Part shown: positions 43,936 to 59,698 of the stretch, one piece after another
Layout: each line of letters begins with the position of its first letter
Position numbering within the stretch: position 1 is the stretch's first letter
Assembly (NCBI RefSeq): GCF_000150275.1
Contig: NW_002060944.1
Span: 4,716,123 to 4,780,122, forward strand
Origin: Trichoplax adhaerens
Lineage: Eukaryota; Animalia; Placozoa
DNA: 64,000 bases
Direction of reading: 5' to 3'
Position numbers and translations under genes: made by a program
The notes under the pieces: model-generated
Databases searched by the model: none
What the model was told of the DNA's origin: nothing
What the model saw: only the letters and a program-made list of their open reading frames with translations

Positions 43936-45898
43936 TTAGACAAGTTGGATTGCATCTAATCCTGACAGAAATTCTTGAAAACTTAATAATCCGTCATGGT
44001 TGCTATCCAATTCTTCAAAGAGTATACGAAAATTCTATTGACAGAAATATAAATATTTGTATTAATGAACATTTATCTTGGGATCACGATTATATTGATT
44101 AATGGAATAAATCATAAATTTTTACTTTAGTTATTCATATTAAGAGAGTGTTAGAAGATAAAAAAATTGATCATAAAAGCAAACTACTGAACATATTAGA
44201 AAATGAAGGCCAACTATATAGTCAAGGGGGTTGATAAAACGCATACTACAATAATTTGGCATTCAGTTCGTTATCTACTAGTTCGTTTACGAGAAGAAAT
44301 TTGAAGTTAGTTTTAATTTCTTCTTTTATTGATTTCATTATATACTCAGCACAATACTAAAGTGGAATAGTAACTGGTCTTTGCTACCCTCCGTAACATC
44401 TTATTTATTAACGATTACTTAATATCTCGTCTACATGATTAAATTACCTCATTGATGTCTTTCATACCGAAGCGTTGGCATACATCACGAAATTCATTTA
44501 GCTCTAAGCATTGACTTTCATCCGATTTAATTTGTAACCAAACACCTCTTAGAACGTCATGTGCTTGAATTTTTGTTATATTGTCGTCCGAGTAAATCAA
44601 AATTTCGGAGTCATTGTCGTCATCAGATTCAAAGTTCGTCTGAGTGCTGCTGATTGAGACTCTGCTAGAACTTCCTCTCTATTAATAAATAATTATAGAG
44701 TAACATTACTTGTTATTATCAATCCAGGGAAAGATTATATTGCGATATTTAAAATAACTCAATCTTATTTTTACGTTGCACTAAAGATATTGATTTTGTA
44801 GCAATTTATTATAAATAGCATTAAATTTAGGGACCTAAATTTATTCAATTCGAAATGTATCGAGCTTGTACTTATTGAATTAAGGATTTCTATATTATAT
44901 TTGTATATATAAAATGATATGTACGGGTTATACAGTTTAAGTTCATAAGTTTATTGGCTGCTGACTGTCTTTACAGCAATCACTCACCAAGTAGACAGAA
45001 GGACATAGACTATGTCGTCTTGTCAAGGCTATAAGAAGCAATAATCAAGGATGGGAATAATTAATCATCTGTGCTAACAGAATTTTAAATTCTTATATCG
45101 AACACATCCTATCTTTAATATGCTAATAAGAATATATACGATTATATCTATAGATTTCAAAACCTTTATCCAATAACTCCTTAGTATGGAAATAAGTAAT
45201 CATCTGCACTTATAGTATTTTGAATTTTTACATGAAATCTATCCTATCTTTAACATACTAATAAGAATATATTCGTATATATCCATATATATTTTACAAC
45301 ATCTAAATAATAACTCTCTAACTATGGAATTAAGTAATCATCTGCAGTTACAGAATTTTAGATTCTTACGCAGAATCTCTCTTATCTTTAACATTCTAAT
45401 AATAGACATATATACTTGTATACTCGTTTATCTATCTATTTCATAGCATCAAAATGATAACTCCTTACCCGAGATTGAATCAGTGCTACTAAATTCACTG
45501 CATGTACTACATGTAACAGACTGATCATCATTATGAAAGTACTTATGCATTAGTACGCTGACAAAGGCATCCTGAAATTGTTCATATGTAATCTAGCGAA
45601 TTATAGAGAGTAAGATATGTCAGTTCTCAAACTGCTGTGAGCTGAAACAGTTTAATTTTCACTTAAAATATATATTTAACTAAGCGTGAGTATGATGTTT
45701 AGTCGAAAATTATAAACGAACTTGCTGATCCGCTGTCGAGAATAATAGACGATCTTCCAATTGAGGCCATTGCTGATTGACATCTAGCATTTCGCATAAA
45801 TGTTGGCATTCTTCAAGACTGATTAATCCATCGTGATCCCGGTCACATTTAGAGAATAAATCTTCAAGCATGATTTCTTTTTCTTCTGTTTCAGTCAT
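43936..45898 (-). CDS. Truncated ninein paralog encoding only the N-terminal EF-hand head (5 exons, 223 aa)
   Basis: Exons 45722-45898 (MTETEEKEIMLEDLFSKCDRDHDGLISLEECQHLCEMLDV..), 45469-45592 (ITYEQFQDAFVSVL..), 44988-45028 (LTRRHSLCPSVYL), 44448-44678 (..LRGVWLQIKSDESQCLELNEFRDVCQRFGMKDINE), 43936-44034 (NFRILFEELDSNHDGLLSFQEFLSGLDAIQLV*). Open frame, canonical GT-AG, and the same intron positions and phases (0,1,0,0) as ninein exons 1-5. Confidence 0.85.
45055..45468. repeat. Three ~136-bp tandem copies filling intron 2 of the truncated ninein paralog
   Basis: TAATCATCTG..AG(A/T)ATTTT..ATC(C/T)TATCTTTAA(T/C)AT.CTAATAA.. at 45062, 45197 and 45334, each ending in ATAACTC(C/T)... Confidence 0.8.
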
Positions 45899-48565
45899 AT
45901 TGTTAAAATTCTTCAGCAAATAAAGACAAATTAATAATAAATATAATCAATTCCCTTTTTTATCGTACGTAGCATCTTTTTTGATGGTGTATACTGCAAT
46001 AGACCATACATGTTCTGATATAATATTTACATAAGTTAATCATGCGCTGGATAAAAAAGCCAAATGTAATTAAACTAGTAGTAATAATAAAACAATCAAC
46101 AAGGTTATCATCACTGCGATAAAGATTATCTTCGTTAAAAACTATCTACTGTATTATTGCTAAAATTAATAATTAGGGATATTAGCCTATATTCTGTTAC
46201 ATAATTATTAATGCAGCCTGATAATAAAATTGCTATAGTAATATTTATGCATGTCATAGAAATAAGGAGATATTGCACGTATTGATAACCGGTAACTTTG
46301 ATTGGTGATATGGTAATTGGTCAATTACTCGTATAATAGATTGATCTAACCATACTTAAATTAAGTTAGAGTAGAAATTTATTCAAATTTAAAGGTTATA
46401 AAATTGAAAATAGAAGACTATTTTATTTTAATCCTTCACAAATCTTAATCCTATTGCGTCAGTGTCATCTATTTATGATCAAAGATGTTAGTTATTGATA
46501 CATAAAGAACAAATAATAAAATTTATAATGATTTAAATTATCAACAATAATATTTCTATAAAATCTTGCCCTTATTCAATAACATTCCTTAGTAAATATA
46601 ATATAATTTGACTCTTTCCATAACTATTAAATGCCAAGCATGTTACTGGAATGAGAGCTTTTGAGCACCTTTCTTATACTAAAATACTGCATTTTACTTT
46701 AATTTCTTCTGAATTATAGCAATAAGTATAGTAGTCAAGATTGTATAACATGAAAAAGGATCACTATCAACCATTATTTGTATTGTATAAAATTTGTATA
46801 CATACGAATAGACATTTTTTTTATAATATTAGACGTTGAAACTTGTATCATTATGTGAATATGACGATAGTTTTACGTTATCTTTCCTAATTTAAAGTGA
46901 TCCACTTTTAACACTAAGTCTATCTTAATGTTTTAGTATTTTAGCTAGAGTTTCAGCTACAAATGTACTAATATAAGATACGAATGTGGTTCGTAATGCT
47001 TGCGATAGCAGCCAATGATACCACTAGTATAAATCGGTGCTAGATTTTTCTTTAATTTTTCGTTTTGTAATGTTTAAATGCTGTTCTTTATCACTACAGT
47101 AACCGTTATTAATCCTACCTATATCAATATGCAACCTGTAATTTAAATTACGATTTTTGTTGCTTGATATGATTTCGTTCATTAAATGTGTATAGATACT
47201 ATACTTTTCAATAAATTGCCAGCTACAATAATGCTGCTTTGTAACAATAACTAGTAGTTAAAATTTTCGCTAAAGTGTAAGTGATTGAATTAATGCCAGC
47301 AGTATGAATATTTTAGATAATATTATAGATATGAATTACAGCTAAAACTTGATAGTTAGACGATTGAAAATTTTCATTCGGTAATAAACATAACCGTATA
47401 AACTGAGATAGGAGGAACAAAGCTTAGTGGTCAAGTATGTACGTGATCAAGTACGTACTTTCGTTCTTAAATAGTCCCTTGTAGGATAGTTTAAAGCACT
47501 TCAAAGCTTGAGTACATTAGTATTTCTTTTCAATCAACAACAGAGATAAAAAAGTAATAGAATAGATTAAATAGTGAGTTAATCCATTTTATAGTTACGT
47601 AGTTTGTTTAAGTAGAATTCGATCGTTGAGTCTTGAGAGTAGTATTAATTACAAAAGAATTGCTCCATAGTTATTACGTTCGCTAAGGATGAGGGAATTG
47701 AACTTATTATTGTAATATAGCAAAATATCAGCTCGTTATTGAATAAGCAGGGAATGAAATGAAGATACAATCTCGCACGTAAGTAATTTCGATATTTGAT
47801 GAGATTGCACTGATTAAAAATCGATTATTTGGCACTATTGCGGTACGTTTATAAATCATTGATAAAATTATATTACTTATTACCAAATTCGAAGTATTTA
47901 ACATGTAAATTATGTTGTGGGAAGAAATGAAAACTTTGATAATGTCAACGGAATAAGTGATAAAAATTATAATGAAAAAAATGAGAATTTTAGTAAATTA
48001 GAATTAGAATTTATTCTAACGAAAATCCTGTTTAATTACTTACATTTACCCTTAGACACTAGGCCAATATTGAAAAATTTCAACCCTAAAAATGGACACG
48101 TCTAGTTGTGATTTGATTTGGCAGGCGCTTGGATTTAATGAAATCAGGGATATGAAATTGAATTTATATTGTGTTGTATAGTGGTCAACAAAGCGTCGAG
48201 GCTTAAACGAGGCGTCTAATGACATGCAGCAATTGACGAATTGAGATTAGATATGGACTTTTTCTTCATCTCCTTATATGTAAGCTACGGTACTTGTTGA
48301 CTCTAATCGTGACTTATCGTAGTTTCGCTTAAACGCAATTATTGATTTGGTTTGATAATAGCTTTTGATTAATATGTTCGCCTAATCAATCAAGAATAGA
48401 TTGAATGTCAACAGACGTAATCGATCAAGAGAAATCAATGACCGATTGTCTATAACATACTGTATTGTGTACATTGGACTGCCCATCGCGAGTAAAATGC
48501 TAGATATGATCTCATGCATTTTATTTATTTTTTTCCACTAGTGATTCACTAATCCCTAACGGCGA

Positions 48566-48635
48566 TGACGTCAATAAAGGAAGTCGAGAGGGTTATTCAA
48601 AACTATTGTCGTGGTAGTTTTAGCTCCCATATTGG
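48566..48635. promoter_or_regulatory. Perfect CRE palindrome TGACGTCA (48566-48573) with nearby ATTGG/CCAAT box (48631-48635)
   Basis: Motifs read directly in a locally GC-richer stretch about 2.7 kb upstream of the truncated ninein paralog ATG; target gene unknown. Confidence 0.3.
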
Positions 48636-51600
48636 CTAATGGATTACCACGACTTTATTATCAATAGTGTGCGGTAATCTTTTGAGATAGCTCCTTTCTT
48701 TTGATTTATGTATTCTACCATGTTATCGAAGGATGAGTTTCAAAAGAATATAAAGAAGGAGCGATTAATGTTTATATTTCAGGCTACCTATAAACGCTTC
48801 GCTGCTTGAAATAGTCGATAACTGATTCGTTTTGATTTCTTCAATTGCCGTCATCAATGGAATTATTTTATAGCATTTGTTCTGGCTTACTCATTATTCA
48901 TTGTCGATGGTATAGCAACCTTATCGATGATGATTGCCGTTAGTTGCTTGTTCTATAAATTCTTTATCTACATGATTCATGGATAATAATTGTTTCATGC
49001 ATCCCTCAAGATGATCAGTTAATAAATGAGGCGTGAAAAATAAAATAACATTTCCGCTATCTTTTGATCTAGCTTTACCTATTGATGTAATAGTGATCGA
49101 TTCTATTAGCTTATATTCCGTAGTCTTAAGGCTACTCTATACCATAATCAAGACAAATAACGGTCATCTTATGCTTGGTTTATCATTCTTTACTTCTTAT
49201 GCTCATGGTATAATAAAGCTATCCTAGAAGAAAATCTTCCCTCTAGCCATGCAAAGTACCTTTTATAACTGTTTACTCTCAATCAGCTAGATATAGTATT
49301 GCTATCAATTAGACTGAAAAGTCTGACTTCAATATCATGTTTTTTAAATGAACTATCGCTGATTTCTGTAATGCATAATTCATGACATCATCTTATTCGT
49401 TGTCAAGAAGGGTCCGATATTTATGCGAATGAAATACTTTATTGGATAAATAATAAATAAAAATACCGACATGGAGAGTTACTACTGGCTTTGATACCAT
49501 TCTGTTAGCTCATCTAATATCTTCTTGATCATTAATCGCGATAGTTTGCTTATAGTATAAAGACATCTAGAAAGGGGTATGTTGTATTCTAGACAGGAAA
49601 TATTTCTTTACACTTACTTTCATTGAACGATTATTTATTTCTTTTATTCTATTTACATCGAAATAACCCCATCCTATAGAGAATTCGACCGATACATCTT
49701 AATCATAATTTCTTGCAATTTATAATGTTTCAAATACGAATTGAATAGCCAAACAAAAAGGAATGCATCTATCTCATATTATCCAGACTATTGAATCATT
49801 TTGATTCCTTTCATGTAATCATCCATGACATCATCTTCGTTGCAAAGAATGACCGGATATATACAAATGAAATACCTTATAATATCAAGTAAAATTCTGA
49901 AATACCGATATATAATATTTCCGCTGTCTTTTTATGCTTGCATATTTTTAATACAATCGAGTACTTAATAGCTGTGTGACTATCTTATTTACGTAATGAC
50001 CCATCGTAGGCCATGAAACAAAATACTAATAACGTTGTATTAAATGAAATGTACCCACAATCTTGTTCATCTTTGCATGTATCGTTTAAATTTCTATATA
50101 AAAATTTATTTATAGTAGACTATAAATCCTGGACAGAAAATCGTTTGATATTATACAATATGGATGGAATCAGTTTCGCATATGCCTCTTGGTTATCCGT
50201 AATGAATCATCGAGAAGGAATTTTATCTATATCTTACCGATAAAAGCCACGTATAATGTAGGACTGTAGATTAATTTATTATATTCTTTGTATTGGCTAG
50301 ATATCTTACTCCTTATATTCCATACTGTTTTTTCGTAGTATAATAATGTAAAACGCCCGCCTTTTCTCTAATCATTAATAGATACTCATATAACCAATAT
50401 GTACCCACATTACTTTAAGTTATAATACGGTATGATATATATATCAATAGCACTTTAATCCCAATGTCGGATCACTAATAAGTTTGGATCCGCATGACCT
50501 ATTAAAACTGATCCCGTATGTCGAATCTGTCCTAGTTTATTGTGGTTCAGGCTATGAGCCAAATAGTAACCGTTGTTTTGGAGTTGAATTACAGCCGGAT
50601 CACAACAGTAACGGATTTTATAAGTGTAATTTACAGGTAGTAAGCTGTAGCGTAGCCCTAAATATAGCTTAATAGATTATGGGATAGTTAGTTAGTACAG
50701 CCCTCGGTAGCAGACTTAATCCCATGTAATAAAGTGAATTAAGTGAATTATTTTCCTAAGATACAGAGGTTTCATTTTTTATTGAACTTAGAATAGACAC
50801 TTTATCATGTTAGCATGCAAGTGTATAAGAAGACCCTTAAGCTAAAAGGTATTTATAATATCGAAATTATTCAATGAAGTGAGATATACATACTCGTACA
50901 TAATTAATTCCACATTATGCTATACTGTGTTATTGAACGTTGACGTTAATCTTTCTAAGTTTAATTTATCAATACTATGCATTCTGAACAACCTCATATA
51001 TATATATAATATTTTAATAATTGTAATCAGCGTAATGCTAGTTATAGGTAATTATTGTCTCATCCAACTAATATAGTTCCGTCTCAGTGCTAGTACATTC
51101 TTGATTCTTAAATCGATAATGTGGCTATTCTCTATAGTAGATAGTGCAATACTGTGTTGTATATTGCAGCGTTGTTTGTATATACAGAAGGATCTCTCGT
51201 GCACAATAAGAACCCAGAGATTTTCACTATAGCCACACTAAAGGGACTTATTGAGAGAGATTAGAAGTTCTTAATATATTAATCGTAGAAAGAGTGATTT
51301 CAATCAATCAAGGACCACTGTTACTATCTGTACTACTATTAGAAAGGAGTAATAAAAGTTTCTATCTAGTCGTCCATGACTGAGACTCACTTGCATAATG
51401 TCAACCATATTTTAATTAATCATCATTATCTGATGTATATCTCACGGAACCTAAATCATATTCGTGTAGTAAAAAAATGGTTAGATACAATAGGATTTTG
51501 AGTAGCGGTATAGTATAGCTTTGTAATTTTTTTACCTTAGTACAATGCAATGACAATAATTCTAATCAAAATGGAGTTCATCTTATTTTGGTTGTTACCA

Positions 51601-52867
51601 TTAATATGCAGAAATATTATACAATGTATATATCTGTGTTACGGAGCCATGCTCCGAAATATTAACTGCTATGTTAATTAAATATCTCATTTAAATTATT
51701 GTTTGCTCCAGTAGCTTATTAGATATTAATGTTTATTAATAAGTACTTGTTATTGCCAAGGTATCAGAAAGTTCAATATTGTTGACGTGTCGGAGCTAAC
51801 ACGCTTAGTCAGTAAACGTTAATTAATAACACCTTAAGTGTAAGGTACAATTACTTTGCAGAGCCTTGAGGCTCTCGTTGCTATACTAGGATATGTATAC
51901 TGTACGGTGTAAGTCGCTATGTCAAGAATATTCGCAAGTGCACCATCGGCGTTGGCCGAGACTCTAAAAAGCCGAGCACTAGCTTAGCTGCTCAGTTCCA
52001 GTTAGTCACTTGCAGTATCTTTTGACCATTATTGCTAGAGTATTCTTACGTTTTTCTTTAGTCCATTTTACGACGAAGATAAACGAAAATAAAGTGAAGT
52101 ATTGAAACCTATTACTCATAAGTAGCCTATTTGTGTAGCTGAGAGTTAGTTCAACTACGATGGTCCCTAAGTTAGTTGGGAACACGAGTACTAGTGAAGA
52201 TAGTGTTTAAGACCCGTTTTCTAGTTACAAAGGAGATTTGTAACAGTCTGCTACACTATAGAAGTCAAATGGAAAAATCGTTAAAATGGATCAATTCTAT
52301 TATCAATTGGATTAATCGAAATGATCTCATTTTAGTCAGGGAATAACAGAAAAAAGCTTACTAGTCCATGTATTAGTTTATTAAAATTAGACTTCGCACT
52401 GTAATAGCTTGCACTATTACGTTAGTACTTCCTTATAGTTAGCACAGTACGATGCAAAACGCTATGTGTACAGTACTTATTATGAGCAATCAGACCGGCA
52501 GTCAGTTACGATAATAGAGACTGTATTACTTTAGCTACACCAGTATAGCACATACGCCAATAGACGGCATCATCTTGTACCCCCATGGACTACTAGATAT
52601 TACCGGTAAGATTGAGTAGTTGATAAGTGCTCATCAAATTTATTCTTTCTCCGTACATCTGCGTGTTAGTGTTAATATAACTTAACGTCACTTGCCGACA
52701 CTCATATCGGTTCTATCTCTTCAAAATGTTCTTTAGAAGGTTTCGTTAATAAGTTAAAATTGGAAATTTAGTAAGGATCGATTGGACAATTAAAATCGAA
52801 GCTAGTAATCCATTTAATTATTATCGAGACACCGTGAAAGCATTTGCTTTTAAAAAAATCTAGAATT

Positions 52868-57086
<4,219 letters not shown>

Positions 57087-58078
57087 AACTACTAGCTAAT
57101 CGTAAAATTGATAACATCCACATGTTTGCAACGGGGTTACTTGATCTATAGCGGGGAGATCACAATTATCATTTATCATACATTATGTCAGCTACATGCA
57201 TGTAATCCAACTTCATATTGATATATTAGTATGTATCGGTAGATATTTATTTTATTTATACTAATTGAAAAAAACTTGAAAATTTATCAAGTATATTTAT
57301 GTCGTTAAAATAAATGAAAGCAGCAATATTGACAAAATTCTGCTAGATATTTCAATTGATTTTTGATAAATACCCAAGTGGAATAATATTGTTCCATTAT
57401 CCTTTAATTTTATGTTAGCACCTATTTACAGTTACTATATGGGGCTTACTGATCGCAATCGGTCCGAGTCTTTTAATGGCATAATAAAATAAAATGTACG
57501 GCTGGGTCAGCCTTGTGTTAGATAGATTTGCAAATCGACTTTGTAATTCAGAACTCTATCATACACCGTCTTCGCTATATACTTCATAAAATCAACAACA
57601 GTCATAAATCCTATGGCATTCACCTTTAAATTGTGCGTGACTGTTATTAAAGCTTAGATTATCAAATTACATATAGCAATATACATATGTTTCATCGTCA
57701 AGATCTCTAGTTTTATTATTTTGTAACAGGTACTTGCACAAATTAAGCTTACTGTATATCATCCGATTCTTCTACTAATATGAAGATATAAGGTCATAAA
57801 CAGCAGTATAGAAGACGAAAACTAGGTCTACGTATTTCCAAACTTTCGATATAATGACTGCTACATAATCTGCATTCCTGACAGTAATCACGACACTAAT
57901 CACTATAGTAATCATTTTTGCATCTAACTCGATTTAGACTGCACACCACCATGAACTACTAAATTAGTAAGTATTTATTTAGTAGTCCATGATACAACTG
58001 GTCAGTTCACTGTAATATCACAACGTCTACTCTATTATGGCTACTAGATGTAATTTAGTAATGCATGACTTTTTGCGT

Positions 58079-58189
58079 ACCAGTTGTTGGGATTATAATT
58101 CTAAAATCGTATACCTATACGCTATACAGTACTGTACCTGGCAGATTAGTAAGGTATACGATTTTAGTATTATAATCCCAACAACTGGT
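58079..58189. mobile_element. Short MITE-like fold-back element (111 bp)
   Basis: 38-bp inverted arms with one mismatch: ACCAGTTGTTGGGATTATAATTCTAAAATCGTATACCT (58079-58116) and AGGTATACGATTTTAGTATTATAATCCCAACAACTGGT (58152-58189), with a 35-bp spacer. Target-site duplication is not clean. Confidence 0.75.
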
Positions 58190-59698
58190 TATACACTACT
58201 ACAGAAATAAGAAGTAAAAAAGCTTTCGTAACTTAGTATACGATTGCAGACCTTCCATACAGTAAAGTTCAATAGACCAGGCCCTCCGAGCATTGTATTG
58301 CCACTATATTTTCAATGCTCTCTCCCTTATTTTAGGCTAAAAGGAAGGAAAGAAACCAGAAATGGTTGTACAGTGTAATAAAAATTTCTATTTTACAGAT
58401 CTTGTGCTGCGCACAGCCATTCACGGATGTAGTACAGTATGTAGTAAGATTTACCTCTACACGTGACTAGCATCGAGATAAAAATCTCTACGACCCTGAG
58501 AGAAAAAGATAGTACAGTCATGGACTACTAGAAATACCTTCTCGTATATTATCCTTAAAGTTATATTGTGCAGTAATGGCGAACCTAAATACTTTAAATA
58601 CGCATTGATTGACAGCGGGAAGAGTTCAATTTTCAACTAGTAAAGATTTTCATATTAAAGACTTTGGTTCTTATTTTTTGGTAACGTTTTGGCATATTTC
58701 TTAAAATGCAGCAAACATAGGTACAACATTGGATATGACCGTTATATTTTTAAGGAATATTCTTAGAAAGTTAACTCTCATTACTAGAATCTTTTAACTC
58801 TACCGAATTTTTTGAAGATAGGTATTGTAGTTATTCATTACTCACCACATCAAAAGTAATGATAGGCCTACAACTTGCTCTCATCGTTTCGTCTAATTTC
58901 TGCTTATTACTTAGGGCATTTGATATCAAGTAACGCTAATTCTATAACATTTCTAACGGGTTGCAGTAGGTCGGTTCGAGACGCCTTGTTGTATAATGTT
59001 CTAATGATATACATGTGCGATCATCTGGCAGAAGGTTACTTGACATACCGTTACATTTCATTCGTGGCTATTGTAATACTAAAGTCGCTCGAAATAGTTT
59101 AGGAACTCACTTTGTTGGAATACTTCCTAGGATAACGAACATGTCTTAACCTAGCTCACTGAAAGATTAATAATCAGAATTTAGTGATCATAATGGACTG
59201 TAAACCTGGGTTATGAATTAAAACCTGTAGTGGTTGATACTAGATCGAAAGGTCATAGCAAAATGTCATCAATTTAATTAATGTATCAACAATAATGATG
59301 AATAATAACATTTTATTACTATCGTTTAGTAAAGTATCTTAGTTTTCCAACAGAGCGTCACTTCCCAATGAAACTTTAAAAAAAAAATCCATAACCTCGC
59401 TCAAAAAATATTTACAACCCATACTATCAATTAAATTCAAATATATACTATTAATGCAGATAACATTACTTAATAGGTAAATTAAATTGAAATCGCCATA
59501 TAGCATATGTTTAAAACCGATATAATATTTTCATGAATTTATACGTTGTACTGTAAACTTGAATAAAATTCCTCGAATAGTAAATAAATCTTCTGGTACC
59601 GCGATTAAACATCGAATTAGCGGAATCCGGAAAAGTGTTGCTAGAAAAGCCAAACAAATACCACATACACGTGTGGACATAAACAACCGTAATTTAAT

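Noticed and set aside
51930-52015. GC-richer patch with small hairpin TCGGC-GTTG-GCCGA upstream of CBS
   Set aside because: Stem too short and no recognisable ncRNA family; could be promoter sequence but unsupported.
58950-58990. GGTTCGAGAC T-loop-like motif suggesting a tRNA
   Set aside because: No cloverleaf, acceptor stem or A-box could be formed.
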